The notes beneath the pieces were generated by a model. The model made no database searches, was not told where the DNA came from, and was given only the letters and a program-made list of their open reading frames with translations. 64,000 bases of DNA from Bacteroidia bacterium. Lineage in GTDB: Bacteria > Bacteroidota > Bacteroidia > NS11-12g > UBA9320. The stretch's first letter is position 1, and each line of letters opens with the position of its first letter. The stretch covers positions 128,001 through 192,000 of the forward strand of contig CBDCFW010000005.1 in the NCBI GenBank assembly GCA_965216465.1, read 5' to 3'. The position numbers were made by a program, and so were the translations under genes. This document shows, in pieces, positions 39,059 to 49,034 of this stretch.

Positions 39059-39607
39059 TTGAATACAGATACTCCGATTCTATTCGATAAAGCAATTGCA
39101 ATTTGTAGAGACATCTTCACAAAAAAAACCTATGACTATGGTACCGCTTGGAGAATACTACGTCCTATTTCGTTGACCGATCAAATCTTCATTAAGGCTC
39201 AGCGTATTAGAAGTATTGAAGAAAAACAGGAGAATAAGGTTGGAGAAAGTATTGAAAATGAGTTTATCGGAATTGTTAACTACTGTGTGATTGCTTTAAT
39301 TCAATTGGAATTAACTGAAAAGGACGATTACGAAATGGATAAAGAAGTAGTCGTTTCTCTTTACAATGAAAAAGCAGAGCATTGCAAAAAGTTAATGATG
39401 GATAAAAACCATGACTACGGAGAAGCATGGCGAGATATGCGTGTAAGTACTTATACTGATCTTATCTTGATGAAAATTCTTCGAACAAAACAAATTGAAG
39501 ACAAAGGTGGCAAAACGCTAATTTCGGAAGGAATTGACGCGAATTTTAGCGATATGTTAAACTATGCTATTTTTGCCATAATACGACTTAACAACTTCTT
39601 TAAATAA
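39059..39607 (+). CDS. DUF1599 domain protein (duplicated domain)
   Basis: KKTYDYGTAWR and KNHDYGEAWR internal repeats; TTG start after promoter motif TACATTTG at 39033. Confidence 0.85.
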   Translation: MNTDTPILFDKAIAICRDIFTKKTYDYGTAWRILRPISLTDQIFIKAQRIRSIEEKQENKVGESIENEFIGIVNYCVIALIQLELTEKDDYEMDKEVVVSLYNEKAEHCKKLMMDKNHDYGEAWRDMRVSTYTDLILMKILRTKQIEDKGGKTLISEGIDANFSDMLNYAIFAIIRLNNFFK

Positions 39608-41130
39608 TGAAATACATAGCAAACACTTTACGCGTTTTAGTTGGATTGCTGTTTATTTTTTCGGGTTTAATAAAAGCTAACGACCCAACAGGATTCAGCT
39701 ATAAGCTCGATGAATATTTTTCAGTTTTTGCTGAAGATCTTGAAGCAGACCAAGATAGCTTAGAAGTAACAATCGAAACGCTTGATGGCATTAATACTGG
39801 AAGTTTTGTTATAAACGAAAAGTCGCCCTCATTTAACCTAAATTCAGAAACAACAACTTGGGAACCTATTGCCCATAGAAACAATGATTCTGACCCGATT
39901 TTCTTTGCTGATGGAAAGATTAAAGTTGACAACAGTGAAGTTTTTGTGACCTCATTTAACGCACAAGATAGCAATGAGTTAATGCTCGAAGCCCAGGTGA
40001 GCTACACCATTAATGGTGAACAGCTAGGTACACATAAAATGGGATTTATGTCGTTTGCTGACAATATGAATGAACAAGTAATTGATGCTTCAGCATATGT
40101 TCATAAAAGCTCATGGATTGTTTCGTTCTTACAATGGCTTCGAAGCTATGCTCTAGGACTCGCAATATTTATTTGCGTCTTCGAGGTTGTTTTAGGTATT
40201 GCACTGATTATTGGTTGGGAAATGAAGGTAACCATGACCTTATCTCTTGGCATGATTGTGTTCTTTACCTTCTTAACATGGTATTCGGCGACGTACAATA
40301 AGGTTACAGATTGTGGATGTTTTGGCGACGCTATAAAATTAACACCATGGCAAAGCTTTAATAAAGATATTACACTGCTGGTAGCCTTACTACTAATTCT
40401 TATTGGTATGCGTCATGTAAAACCAATTTTCAGCAAACCATTTGCCGTAAAACTGCTTACAGTTAGTATTTTATTATCTGCAGGGTTTAGTATTTACTGT
40501 TGGAACTATCTACCGGTAAAAAACTATCTAAAATTTAAGAAAGGTAACGATATTGAAGCACTGACCATCGTTCCGGAAGATGCACCTACCGACGTATATG
40601 AGAATGTTTTTATTTACAGTAAAGATGGTGTAGAAGAAGAATTCACACTCGAAGAAATCACAGCCCGAAAACTAAAAGAAGAAGGCTACGAATTTGTTGA
40701 TCGCCGTGATATTCTAATTCAAAAAGGATACGAGCCCGAAATTCATGACTTCAAGATAATGGACGAGAGTCGGACCAACGATTATGTGGAAGACTTCTTC
40801 GCTCATGAAGGCTACAAGATAATGATTGTGATGAATGAAGTTGAAAAAGCGAACACTAAGTCTTTTAACGAACTCAGAGACATTATAAAATACTGCAAGG
40901 AAAACGATATCGAATTATACCCACTGACGGCAAGTGAAGCTTCTGTGGTTAATGCTTATGCCGAAGAACATAAACTAGATATTCCATTTTACTATGGAGA
41001 CAAAACAAACTTGAAATCGATTATTAGGTCTAACCCAGGTTTGGTTTTGTTATCAGATAACGTTGTTAAGAAAACTTGGCCTTCTACGCGTTTACCAAGT
41101 ATTAAACGACTTACAAAAGTTACTAAATGA
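39607..41130 (+). CDS. DoxX/MauE-like membrane protein (BT_3928 family)
   Basis: FIFSGLIKANDPTGF, VTDCGCFGDAIKLTPWQSF, C-terminal IIRSNPGLVLL. Confidence 0.85.
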   Translation: MKYIANTLRVLVGLLFIFSGLIKANDPTGFSYKLDEYFSVFAEDLEADQDSLEVTIETLDGINTGSFVINEKSPSFNLNSETTTWEPIAHRNNDSDPIFFADGKIKVDNSEVFVTSFNAQDSNELMLEAQVSYTINGEQLGTHKMGFMSFADNMNEQVIDASAYVHKSSWIVSFLQWLRSYALGLAIFICVFEVVLGIALIIGWEMKVTMTLSLGMIVFFTFLTWYSATYNKVTDCGCFGDAIKLTPWQSFNKDITLLVALLLILIGMRHVKPIFSKPFAVKLLTVSILLSAGFSIYCWNYLPVKNYLKFKKGNDIEALTIVPEDAPTDVYENVFIYSKDGVEEEFTLEEITARKLKEEGYEFVDRRDILIQKGYEPEIHDFKIMDESRTNDYVEDFFAHEGYKIMIVMNEVEKANTKSFNELRDIIKYCKENDIELYPLTASEASVVNAYAEEHKLDIPFYYGDKTNLKSIIRSNPGLVLLSDNVVKKTWPSTRLPSIKRLTKVTK

Positions 41131-42185
41131 TCACCTTTTTAGTAAAACGACTTGCAACCGGAGTGGTAATTCTGTTCAGCGTTGTTACAGTTGTTTTCTT
41201 TTTGTTTAGCTTTTCGTTTCCTAGTCCTGAGAAGATGGCGGTTGGACAACGTACTGACGTTGAAACGCAAGAAGCTATAAAAAAAGAATTTGGATTAGAC
41301 AAACCTCTTTTCACGCAGTACCTACTATTTTTAAACGATATCTCACCCATTTCATTTCATCAAGATCTTGAAGCTGAATTAGACAAGAAATACCATCCAG
41401 CTTTGAACTTACGATTCGGCGAAACAAGTATGCTTTTCAAAAAACCGTTTTTACGAAAGTCTTTTCAAAGTAGAGAACGGACCGAAGTATTAATTGCTAA
41501 ATCGTTTAAGGGCACATTCGTTCTTGCATTGGTTTCGATAATAATAGCTGGAATTTTTGGTATTCTTTTGGGAGTTATTTCAGGTGTAAAGGTCAATTCG
41601 TTGTTGGATCAAGCCATTGTTTTCGTCAGCACTTTAGGAATTTCGGTTCCATCTTTTTTTTCCGCTATTGTTTTAGCATGGCTCTTTGGTTATGTCTTGC
41701 ATAATTTCACAGGGCTGAACATGACAGGGAGCTGGATTGATGTAGACCCTTTTAAAGGTGAGTATTATGCGTGGAATAATTTGATATTACCCGCAATTGC
41801 CCTGGGTGTACGCCCTTTGTCTATTTTCACACTGCTTACAAGAAGCTCAATACTTGAGACACTCAATAAAGATTTTATAAAAACGGCAATTTCAAAAGGC
41901 CTAACTCCTAAACGTGTTTTATTTAAACATGCATTACCCAATGCACTGAATCCTGTTATTACTGCTGTTTCAGGCTGGTTTGCATCGTTATTAGCTGGAG
42001 CATTCTTTGTTGAGTATATATTTAATTGGCGAGGATTAGGCAAGCTTACTATTGAGGCATTAGAAATGAACGACCTACCAGTTGTAATGGGGTCGCTATT
42101 GTTTATAGCTCTTCTATTTATCATTATAAACATTTTGGTGGATATACTTTACGTTAAACTAGACCCAAGAGTTAAACTAAGCTGA
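41127..42185 (+). CDS. Peptide ABC transporter permease (DppB-like)
   Basis: GLDKPLFTQY, DFIKTAISKGL, HALPNALNP, VEYIFNWRGLG, LDPRV. Confidence 0.9.
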   Translation: MITFLVKRLATGVVILFSVVTVVFFLFSFSFPSPEKMAVGQRTDVETQEAIKKEFGLDKPLFTQYLLFLNDISPISFHQDLEAELDKKYHPALNLRFGETSMLFKKPFLRKSFQSRERTEVLIAKSFKGTFVLALVSIIIAGIFGILLGVISGVKVNSLLDQAIVFVSTLGISVPSFFSAIVLAWLFGYVLHNFTGLNMTGSWIDVDPFKGEYYAWNNLILPAIALGVRPLSIFTLLTRSSILETLNKDFIKTAISKGLTPKRVLFKHALPNALNPVITAVSGWFASLLAGAFFVEYIFNWRGLGKLTIEALEMNDLPVVMGSLLFIALLFIIINILVDILYVKLDPRVKLS

Positions 42186-42691
42186 TGATATACTTTATTA
42201 CAGGATTTATGGGAGTAGGTAAAACCACTATTGGTCGAGAACTTGCTCTTGAATTGGACGCTCATTTTATTGACCTCGATGAAGCCATTGAAAATCGAGT
42301 TCAAAAGTCAGTATCTCAAATCTTCAGCGACCATGGTGAAATTGCCTTTCGTGATTTAGAAGAGTGGGAATTGAACCATCAAATTAAAAATGCAAAGTCT
42401 ACCACAGTTATTTCTTTGGGTGGAGGAACCATTGCTCATCGACTCAACCACATGGTTATGCTTAGAAATGGATTAGTCATCTACCTCAAAAAAGAATGGG
42501 AGGAAATTGAAGAAGGGCTAAAAACCCTTGAAAACAGGCCACTGCTAAAGGAACTTGACACCACCCAGCTAAAAAAATTGTTTAATGAAAGAAGGCCTTT
42601 TTATGAGTTAGCACAGGTCGAAACCCTTGTAAAGACTGGCTTTGACACGAAAAAGCTCGTATTTTCACTAAAATTATTAACAAATAGGTAA
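42185..42691 (+). CDS. aroK: Shikimate kinase
   Basis: GFMGVGKTT, DLD, GEIAFRDLE, LGGG, RPLL. Confidence 0.9.
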   Translation: MIYFITGFMGVGKTTIGRELALELDAHFIDLDEAIENRVQKSVSQIFSDHGEIAFRDLEEWELNHQIKNAKSTTVISLGGGTIAHRLNHMVMLRNGLVIYLKKEWEEIEEGLKTLENRPLLKELDTTQLKKLFNERRPFYELAQVETLVKTGFDTKKLVFSLKLLTNR

Positions 42692-42763
42692 CAATGCTTG
42701 TATTCATGCGGGTTTGCTGATTAACATTGGACACATATAAAAACGATTTTATAATTTAAACAT

Positions 42764-43036
42764 ATGAACAAATCAGATTTAATCTCAAAAATGGCTGGTG
42801 ATGCTGACATCACTAAAGCACAAGCAACTGAAGCTTTAAACTCTTTCTTAGGATCTACATCAGACGCTCTTAAAAAAGGTGACAAATTAATACTAGTAGG
42901 ATTTGGAACATTCTCTGTAAGCAAAAGAGCTGCAAGAACTGGAAGAAACCCAAGAACTGGTAAAGAAATCAAAATCGCTGCTAAAAACGTAGTTAAATTC
43001 AAAGCAGGTTCTGATTTATCTAAAAAAGTAAACTAA
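42764..43036 (+). CDS. hup: DNA-binding protein HU
   Basis: MNKSDLI, GFGTFS, RTGRNPRTG, FKAG. Confidence 0.96.
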   Translation: MNKSDLISKMAGDADITKAQATEALNSFLGSTSDALKKGDKLILVGFGTFSVSKRAARTGRNPRTGKEIKIAAKNVVKFKAGSDLSKKVN

Positions 43037-43062
43037 GAAAAGACTTTAAAGTCAAAAAATTA

Positions 43063-43094
43063 AGACCCTCTTGGTTTTCCAAGAGGGTTTTTTT
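43063..43094 (+). terminator. Intrinsic terminator after HU
   Basis: accctcttgg-tttt-ccaagagggt + T-tract. Confidence 0.85.
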
Positions 43095-44285
43095 ATGCAA
43101 TTTTGTTTCATCAAAAAATCATTCCTCAAATACCTGGCACAAACCTCCCCCACTCCACCAATGTATGAGTTTGTGAGAGCAGAACGATCGTATCTTTTCG
43201 ACCGAAACGACAAGCCATATTTAGACTTAATTTCAGGTATTGCAGTAACAAATGTTGGTCACCAAAATAAAAAGGTTACTAAAGCTATCACTAAGCAAGC
43301 AAAGAAATTTGCTCACCAAATGGTTTATGGGGAGTATGTGGTTGGTCCTCAAGTTAAACTTGCAAAAAAACTAGCATCTGTTCTCCCTGATAGCTTAAAC
43401 AACTTCTATTTCTTGAACAGTGGCAGCGAAGCTGTAGAAGGTGCCATGAAATTGGCTAAAAAGTACACGGGTAGAAAGAAGGTTGTAGCTATGCGCAATG
43501 CATATCACGGTTCGACTAGCGGAGCGTTAAGTTTAATGAGCGACGAATACTATTCGGGTCCGTTTAAACCACTATTGCCAAACATATATTTTGTTGAATT
43601 CAACAATATTGACTCTCTTAACATCATAGACCACGATACAGCAGCCGTATTTGTCGAACCAATACAAGCTGAAGCTGGGTATATTCCGGCAAGTGCAGCA
43701 TTCTTGGAAGCCTTGCGAAATAAATGCAATGAAACTGGAGCCCTGTTAATATTTGACGAGATACAAACAGGTATTGGACGAACTGGAAAGTTGTTTGCAT
43801 TTGAACACTACAAAATCATTCCTGATGTTCTTCTTCTTGCCAAAGCTCTTGGAGGGGGATTACCCTTGTCTTGCTTCATTTCAAGCAAAGAAATTATGGC
43901 CAGTCTTTCTGACCAACCAATACTAGGACATATTACCACATTTGGTGGACATCCTCTTAGTTGTGCAGCTGCAAAAGCTTCTTTGAAGTATATCTTGAAG
44001 CATAAGTTAATTGATGATGTTGAAACAAAAGAACATCGCTTCAGAAAGCAACTTGTTCATCCAAAAATTAAAAATATATCAGGGAAAGGATTAATGCTCG
44101 CTGTAGAACTAGAGAGCTTTGAGCAGGTAGAGCACGTGATGAAATCTTGCATTGAGCAGGGAATCATTATCGATTGGTTCCTATACAATTTGAACGCTTT
44201 AAGAATTGCTCCTCCCCTAATCATAACAAATGACGAAATTGACCGGGTTTGTGAGGTTATTGTAACTTCGCTGAACGCTACTTAA
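43095..44285 (+). CDS. Class III PLP aminotransferase (acetylornithine aminotransferase-like)
   Basis: NSGSEAVEGAMK, YHG, EPIQAEAG, DEIQTGIGRTG, AKALGGG, TTFGGHP; start uncertain. Confidence 0.9.
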   Translation: MQFCFIKKSFLKYLAQTSPTPPMYEFVRAERSYLFDRNDKPYLDLISGIAVTNVGHQNKKVTKAITKQAKKFAHQMVYGEYVVGPQVKLAKKLASVLPDSLNNFYFLNSGSEAVEGAMKLAKKYTGRKKVVAMRNAYHGSTSGALSLMSDEYYSGPFKPLLPNIYFVEFNNIDSLNIIDHDTAAVFVEPIQAEAGYIPASAAFLEALRNKCNETGALLIFDEIQTGIGRTGKLFAFEHYKIIPDVLLLAKALGGGLPLSCFISSKEIMASLSDQPILGHITTFGGHPLSCAAAKASLKYILKHKLIDDVETKEHRFRKQLVHPKIKNISGKGLMLAVELESFEQVEHVMKSCIEQGIIIDWFLYNLNALRIAPPLIITNDEIDRVCEVIVTSLNAT

Positions 44286-44290
44286 ATACT

Positions 44291-45853
44291 ATGAGACTTA
44301 CTTTTTTCTACTTATTACTTTCTTGTATTCTCTTGACTCAAGCACAAGTATTTAGTCTAAATCAGGAAGGTGTTGAATACAACTTCTTCAATAGCGAAAA
44401 AGAGCTATTCGAAAGAGCTGAATCACTGTCGTATGAAGAAATACTTCGGCTTTGTTTGATTGTTGAAAACCAAGGTGGTAAAGAAGACGTTTCTCGAACT
44501 ATGGCATACTTTAATGCATTCATTAAGAAGAATTCCAAAATCGCCAAGATTAATAATCAAGATAAAAAGATCAAAAAACTGATTGATGTTTTTCAAACAC
44601 AATTTGTAAAAGATATAAGTGCAACCATAAATGTAGAAGATGCAATTTTGTTGGGCAGCTATAACGGTTATACTAATGCTCTGCTATTGAGTGTTATTTT
44701 AGAAGCGTACAATATTCCTTTTGAAATTAAGGCCTCTTCTGAAACCTTTTATGTTTACCCATATCCTGAAAGCAGCAACCTATGCATCAACTATTTCTCC
44801 GAATTTCCATTTGAATTGAATGAAAATAACGAGCTTTATAGAGAACAGTACATTGATCGGCTTAGAGCATTTGAATACATCTTAGATGAAGAGTATCTTT
44901 CACATACCGAAGCTGAGCTATTTAAAAAGTACCACGACTTTGATGGAGGAGAAATTGACAAGCTTAGACTTTTAGCAAACTTCTACGCTTTCCGTTCAAT
45001 ACAACTCTTCAACAACGAAGAGTATCAGTCAGGCTATGACGAAATAAAAAAGGCATGTAAACTTTCTCCTTTATCACACAACCTAACGTTACGCAATGAA
45101 ATTGCCTATAACTACTTAGATGTATTTGAGTATAAAAAGGTTGAAGATGTACACTTTTTCATTGAAGTGGCGAATTATAATCCACGATATATCGAAAAGG
45201 TCATGATCTCACATCAGGCCATACAGATGTTTGAAAAGTTTGCCGAGAGAAACCATGCTGACTTCGAAGAGTGCTGTAGCATAATGATCAAGAATCTTCC
45301 GACCGACTCTTTAAAAGATCATGCCCGATTGATTCTTTACGACCAAAAAGCGATTAATTTTAAACACCTCGCTTTTCCTGACTCTTGTTATTTCTACCGC
45401 GAGAAGGCGTATGCTTTATCAGAGCGAACTCCTGAATATCAAATCGACCTGTACAACGACTGGATTCAATCTTTAACCGGAGATATTGCAGGTACTGAAC
45501 TTGAATACATTGCCTTGCTTGAAAAGTACCCGGAGCTTAATGATAATCCCTATTTTCAAATGGTAAGTATGAACATCTTGCTTGTAAAAGCAGGGCGATA
45601 CGTGTCATTAAATCAATATGCAACTGCAGAAAAATTAATCACCCAATTTGAGCGTGAATTTGAAAACTATAAAGGTGGTCTTTTGCCTTTACAAGAAAAT
45701 GTAGTTAACAGCTATGGTCGCTTAGCGGTATATTACTATTCTACTAACCGTACATCAACAGCAAAAGAAGTAGTAGATAAGGCCCTGATCTATGCACCTG
45801 ATAATTATGATTTACTTCGTAGAAAGGCTATGATAACCGGAGGTAGATTCTAA
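44291..45853 (+). CDS. Exported hypothetical protein, helical/TPR-like
   Basis: Signal peptide; helical C-terminal half ending AKEVVDKALIYAPDN. Confidence 0.65.
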   Translation: MRLTFFYLLLSCILLTQAQVFSLNQEGVEYNFFNSEKELFERAESLSYEEILRLCLIVENQGGKEDVSRTMAYFNAFIKKNSKIAKINNQDKKIKKLIDVFQTQFVKDISATINVEDAILLGSYNGYTNALLLSVILEAYNIPFEIKASSETFYVYPYPESSNLCINYFSEFPFELNENNELYREQYIDRLRAFEYILDEEYLSHTEAELFKKYHDFDGGEIDKLRLLANFYAFRSIQLFNNEEYQSGYDEIKKACKLSPLSHNLTLRNEIAYNYLDVFEYKKVEDVHFFIEVANYNPRYIEKVMISHQAIQMFEKFAERNHADFEECCSIMIKNLPTDSLKDHARLILYDQKAINFKHLAFPDSCYFYREKAYALSERTPEYQIDLYNDWIQSLTGDIAGTELEYIALLEKYPELNDNPYFQMVSMNILLVKAGRYVSLNQYATAEKLITQFEREFENYKGGLLPLQENVVNSYGRLAVYYYSTNRTSTAKEVVDKALIYAPDNYDLLRRKAMITGGRF

Positions 45854-46599
45854 TAATTTTCTACCCCAATATTAAAGTCTTTGCTGGCTTCAATTCTTGT
45901 TTTCTGTCGACCCTCATAAGTGCCCGTAAATCGGACCTTTTGCATAACAACCTGTCCCGGTAAAACTTCAAACTCCATGATGCCTTTGCCATTTTCTTGA
46001 GGCAAATAATAATCTACACCATCAACTTCGGCACTGTAATATGCTTTTTTAGGCATGTGTTCGAAGTATACATAAACAATATACTTATTGTCGAGCTGTA
46101 CAGTGTTTTTAGTATTGATCACTAAAGCTTTTTCCGTTTTTGTTTTTCCACTTTCAGCGTATTCTTTTAAAGTGCTGTTAATAGGCTCACCGCGGTCATG
46201 CTCCAATTCGACCTTAAGGTTCCCATTTGACCAATACTCTTGAAAAAGTCCATGACGTAAATCGTCTTTAAATTCAATTTTACGCCATAAGGCACCATCT
46301 TGTCTATAGTATTTATATGTACCGTGCTTATCTCCATCTTTGTACATGATTTCAAGCTTTGGATTACCGTTGATATACCAAGAACGAAATTGGCCATCTC
46401 TGCGACCTCTTTTATAATAACATTTTGTTTTTCGCTCACCATCTCTGTAATAGGTAATTATTGTTCCTGTTCTGGTTTGGTGATTGAAGTCGATGTGCTG
46501 TTTAGTATCTGTGTCATGGGGGTCAACTTCGTCGAAAAAACCACACGAATTGAATAATAGTAAGAAGAAGATTAGGGGTAAAAGGGTATACCTTTGCAT
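45850..46599 (-). CDS. Lipoprotein with MORN-variant (YwqK-like) repeats
   Basis: MQRYTLL...FNSC lipobox; repeats YYRDGE/WYINGN/YYRQDG/YWSNGN; start moved from 46764 to avoid overlap with the divergent hydrolase. Confidence 0.8.
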   Translation of the reverse strand: MQRYTLLPLIFFLLLFNSCGFFDEVDPHDTDTKQHIDFNHQTRTGTIITYYRDGERKTKCYYKRGRRDGQFRSWYINGNPKLEIMYKDGDKHGTYKYYRQDGALWRKIEFKDDLRHGLFQEYWSNGNLKVELEHDRGEPINSTLKEYAESGKTKTEKALVINTKNTVQLDNKYIVYVYFEHMPKKAYYSAEVDGVDYYLPQENGKGIMEFEVLPGQVVMQKVRFTGTYEGRQKTRIEASKDFNIGVENY

Positions 46600-46609
46600 A
46601 GACGCTTTC

Positions 46610-47269
46610 ATGATAAATTCAGCCAAAGATACTCCTTTTGTATATATCATTTCAGGGCTCGCAGCAGACCATAGGGTTTTTGCAAACTTGACCCTTCCTA
46701 AACACCATAAACACCTGGCATGGATACCAAATTTAGAAGACGAGACCCTAACATCATACGCCAAAAGAATGGCCGAAAAAATTGAACATCCAAACCCAAT
46801 AATTATAGGACTGTCTTTTGGGGGAATTGTAGCTCAAGAGATAGCTAATTTGATTCCAGTGAAGAAACTAATCCTACTCTCTACTATCAAGAATGAAAGC
46901 GAAAAACCTTGGTACTTCAAAATTATCAACGGTATGAGTTTATTCAACTTTGCACCCAGCACTTATTTTCATCAACCCAAGGCCATTACCTACTGGGCTT
47001 TCTCGCTTGTTGATTCGAAACACAAATCAATTCTTGATGCATGTTTTGAAGATGTTGACGAAGACCATGTAAAATGGGCAATCGCACGAATTATGGAGTT
47101 CAAGGGAGTAAACCATGGTACGGAAGTAATCCATATACATTCTACAGGAGATCGAATCTTTCCCCTTTCAGAGATTAATGCCGATTACAAAATCGAAGGA
47201 GGACACTTTGCTTTATACACTCACAGTGAGCAACTTAACAATGTTTTTCGAAGCATAGGGCTCATTTAA
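46610..47269 (+). CDS. Alpha/beta hydrolase
   Basis: ISGLAADHRVF, GLSFGG nucleophile elbow, HIHSTGDRIFP, GGHF; start at ATG 46610 after TACCTTTG. Confidence 0.85.
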   Translation: MINSAKDTPFVYIISGLAADHRVFANLTLPKHHKHLAWIPNLEDETLTSYAKRMAEKIEHPNPIIIGLSFGGIVAQEIANLIPVKKLILLSTIKNESEKPWYFKIINGMSLFNFAPSTYFHQPKAITYWAFSLVDSKHKSILDACFEDVDEDHVKWAIARIMEFKGVNHGTEVIHIHSTGDRIFPLSEINADYKIEGGHFALYTHSEQLNNVFRSIGLI

Positions 47270-47383
47270 TCTTCACTTACATACTACAAAATTCCTCGTT
47301 TATTCTCTTCCTTTTATCGGAATAAGAATGGATTTGTCATTTTTTTATTGATATATTTGTGATATCATTTTAATATCAACCTT

Positions 47384-48253
47384 ATGAACAATAAAGAAAA
47401 AAGTTTCAAACCCATTTCAGGATACATCATGCTCCTGTTTCTTGCAATAGTTATTGCTGGAATCATTTTTAACATCTCCTTAGAACAGCCGCTCCCTATT
47501 GTAATCTTGGCACCTATTATGCTGCTTACCATAATCGGATTTGTGATCGTTAACCCGAACGGATCTGCTGTATTGACCTTATTTGGAGCGTACAAAGGAA
47601 CCATTAGAGATAATGGCTTTTTCTGGGTAAATCCATTTTACAAGAAGCAAAAAATCTCGTTGCGAGCGCGTAACTTAGACACACCTCCTATTAAAGTAAA
47701 CGACAGTTTAGGAAACCCAATTAAAATTGGTGCTGTTGTCGTATGGAAGGTTGAAGAAACCTTTAAAGCAGCCTTTGATGTTGATGACTATCAGAACTTT
47801 GTAAACATACAAAGTGAAGCTGCTATTCGTAAACTTGCTGGCCACTACCCGTACGATGACCTTGAAGACGATCATTCGGGAGAAACCAATCATCTTACAC
47901 TAAGAAGTGGTGGAGCCGAAATAGACGAGAAACTTGAAGACGCTCTTACTAAACGATTAGAGATAGCTGGTATTGAAGTAATTGAAGCAAGAATCAGCTA
48001 CTTAGCGTATTCTGAAGAGATTGCCAGTGCTATGCTTCAAAGGCAACAAGCAACAGCTATCATTGCTGCCCGTAAGAAAATTGTTGAAGGTGCAGTGGGA
48101 ATGGTCGACGATGCTTTGATCAAATTAAATGAACAAAATATTGTTGAACTTGATAAGGATAAAAAGGCTGCGATGGTGAGTAACCTTTTGGTGGTTCTTT
48201 GCTCGGATAAAGCAGCCAATCCAATTGTAAATGCAGGAACCTTACATAACTAA
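47384..48253 (+). CDS. SPFH (band 7) domain membrane protein
   Basis: Two N-terminal TMs, KVNDSLGNPI, EIASAMLQRQQA, IVEGAVGMV, MVSNLLVVLC. Confidence 0.92.
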   Translation: MNNKEKSFKPISGYIMLLFLAIVIAGIIFNISLEQPLPIVILAPIMLLTIIGFVIVNPNGSAVLTLFGAYKGTIRDNGFFWVNPFYKKQKISLRARNLDTPPIKVNDSLGNPIKIGAVVVWKVEETFKAAFDVDDYQNFVNIQSEAAIRKLAGHYPYDDLEDDHSGETNHLTLRSGGAEIDEKLEDALTKRLEIAGIEVIEARISYLAYSEEIASAMLQRQQATAIIAARKKIVEGAVGMVDDALIKLNEQNIVELDKDKKAAMVSNLLVVLCSDKAANPIVNAGTLHN

Positions 48254-48256
48254 GCC

Positions 48257-48409
48257 ATGGAAAAGTATGTACTCTTAAAGGTAAAACCTTTTGAAAGCCT
48301 CAAAAAGTTCCAGGCTCGAATTAATGAACAAGCAAGAAAAGGCTACCGTGCAATAAATATCACCGGCCAGCATGGAGCTCAAGTGATTTTAATGGAAAAA
48401 ATAAACTAG
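48257..48409 (+). CDS. Small 50-aa protein (possibly DUF4177-like), not in ORF track
   Basis: Hand translation MEKYVLLKVKPFESLKKFQARINEQARKGYRAINITGQHGAQVILMEKIN; fills the operon gap. Confidence 0.65.
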   Translation: MEKYVLLKVKPFESLKKFQARINEQARKGYRAINITGQHGAQVILMEKIN

Positions 48410-48411
48410 CC

Positions 48412-48567
48412 GTGAGTAAGAAAAAGGCATTTGCACTGCGTGTTGACGAAAAGATGTTGGCTGCCATTGAAAAATGGGCAGCTGACGAGTTTAGAAGCAC
48501 TAATGGACAGATAGAGTATCTGCTGAGCGAAGCCTTGAAAAAAGCAAAAAGACAACCGAAAAAATGA
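48412..48567 (+). CDS. Arc-family ribbon-helix-helix DNA-binding protein, 51 aa, not in ORF track
   Basis: GTG start; MSKKKAFALRVDEKMLAAIEKWAADEFRSTNGQIEYLLSEALKKAKRQPKK; TGA overlaps the next ATG. Confidence 0.85.
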   Translation: MSKKKAFALRVDEKMLAAIEKWAADEFRSTNGQIEYLLSEALKKAKRQPKK

Positions 48568-49034
48568 ATACAACGTATCGAGAAGAGCAGAGTTTTACCG
48601 TAATGGCGTGGATTATTGCTGGAATGTACCTTATACTTTCAGCCTTAATTCTATTGCTTGAGGTTGAAAGTTCGACAGAGCGGTATATCGGATACGGCAT
48701 TGTTTCAGCTGTCTTTATTCCACTTATTTGGGTGTCTTTCACAAGCAAGTTAAAAACAGAGTTGAGTTCACATCAGCTGAAGTTTAGCTTTCGCCCACTG
48801 GTGAAAGAACGAATCTATAATCGCTCAGAGATAGAATCTATCGAATTTCTCAATTACGGATTTGTTGGAGGATGGGGCATTCGTCTAATGACCAGGTATG
48901 GAACAGTTTACAATACATGGGGAAAAGAAGGAATGCTTATCAAATTAAAAAATGGAAAGAAGTTTGTTATCGGAACTAGAAACCCAGGTACGCTAAAGCG
49001 ATTTCTAAAAACCTCTTTGCCCCTTGGGGAATAA
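48564..49034 (+). CDS. Membrane hypothetical protein (two TMs, GGWGIR motif)
   Basis: YREEQSF, two hydrophobic segments, GGWGIRL...VYN.WG..G. Confidence 0.75.
   Translation: MNTTYREEQSFTVMAWIIAGMYLILSALILLLEVESSTERYIGYGIVSAVFIPLIWVSFTSKLKTELSSHQLKFSFRPLVKERIYNRSEIESIEFLNYGFVGGWGIRLMTRYGTVYNTWGKEGMLIKLKNGKKFVIGTRNPGTLKRFLKTSLPLGE

Noticed and set aside
45850-46599. YwqK-like protein as the antitoxin of a toxin-antitoxin pair
   Set aside because: No adjacent toxin; MORN-variant repeat lipoproteins are common stand-alone genes in Bacteroidota
46600-46764. Long antiparallel overlap implied by ORFs 45850..46764 and 46484..47269
   Set aside because: Disappears when starts are placed at the lipoprotein signal (46599) and hydrolase ATG (46610)
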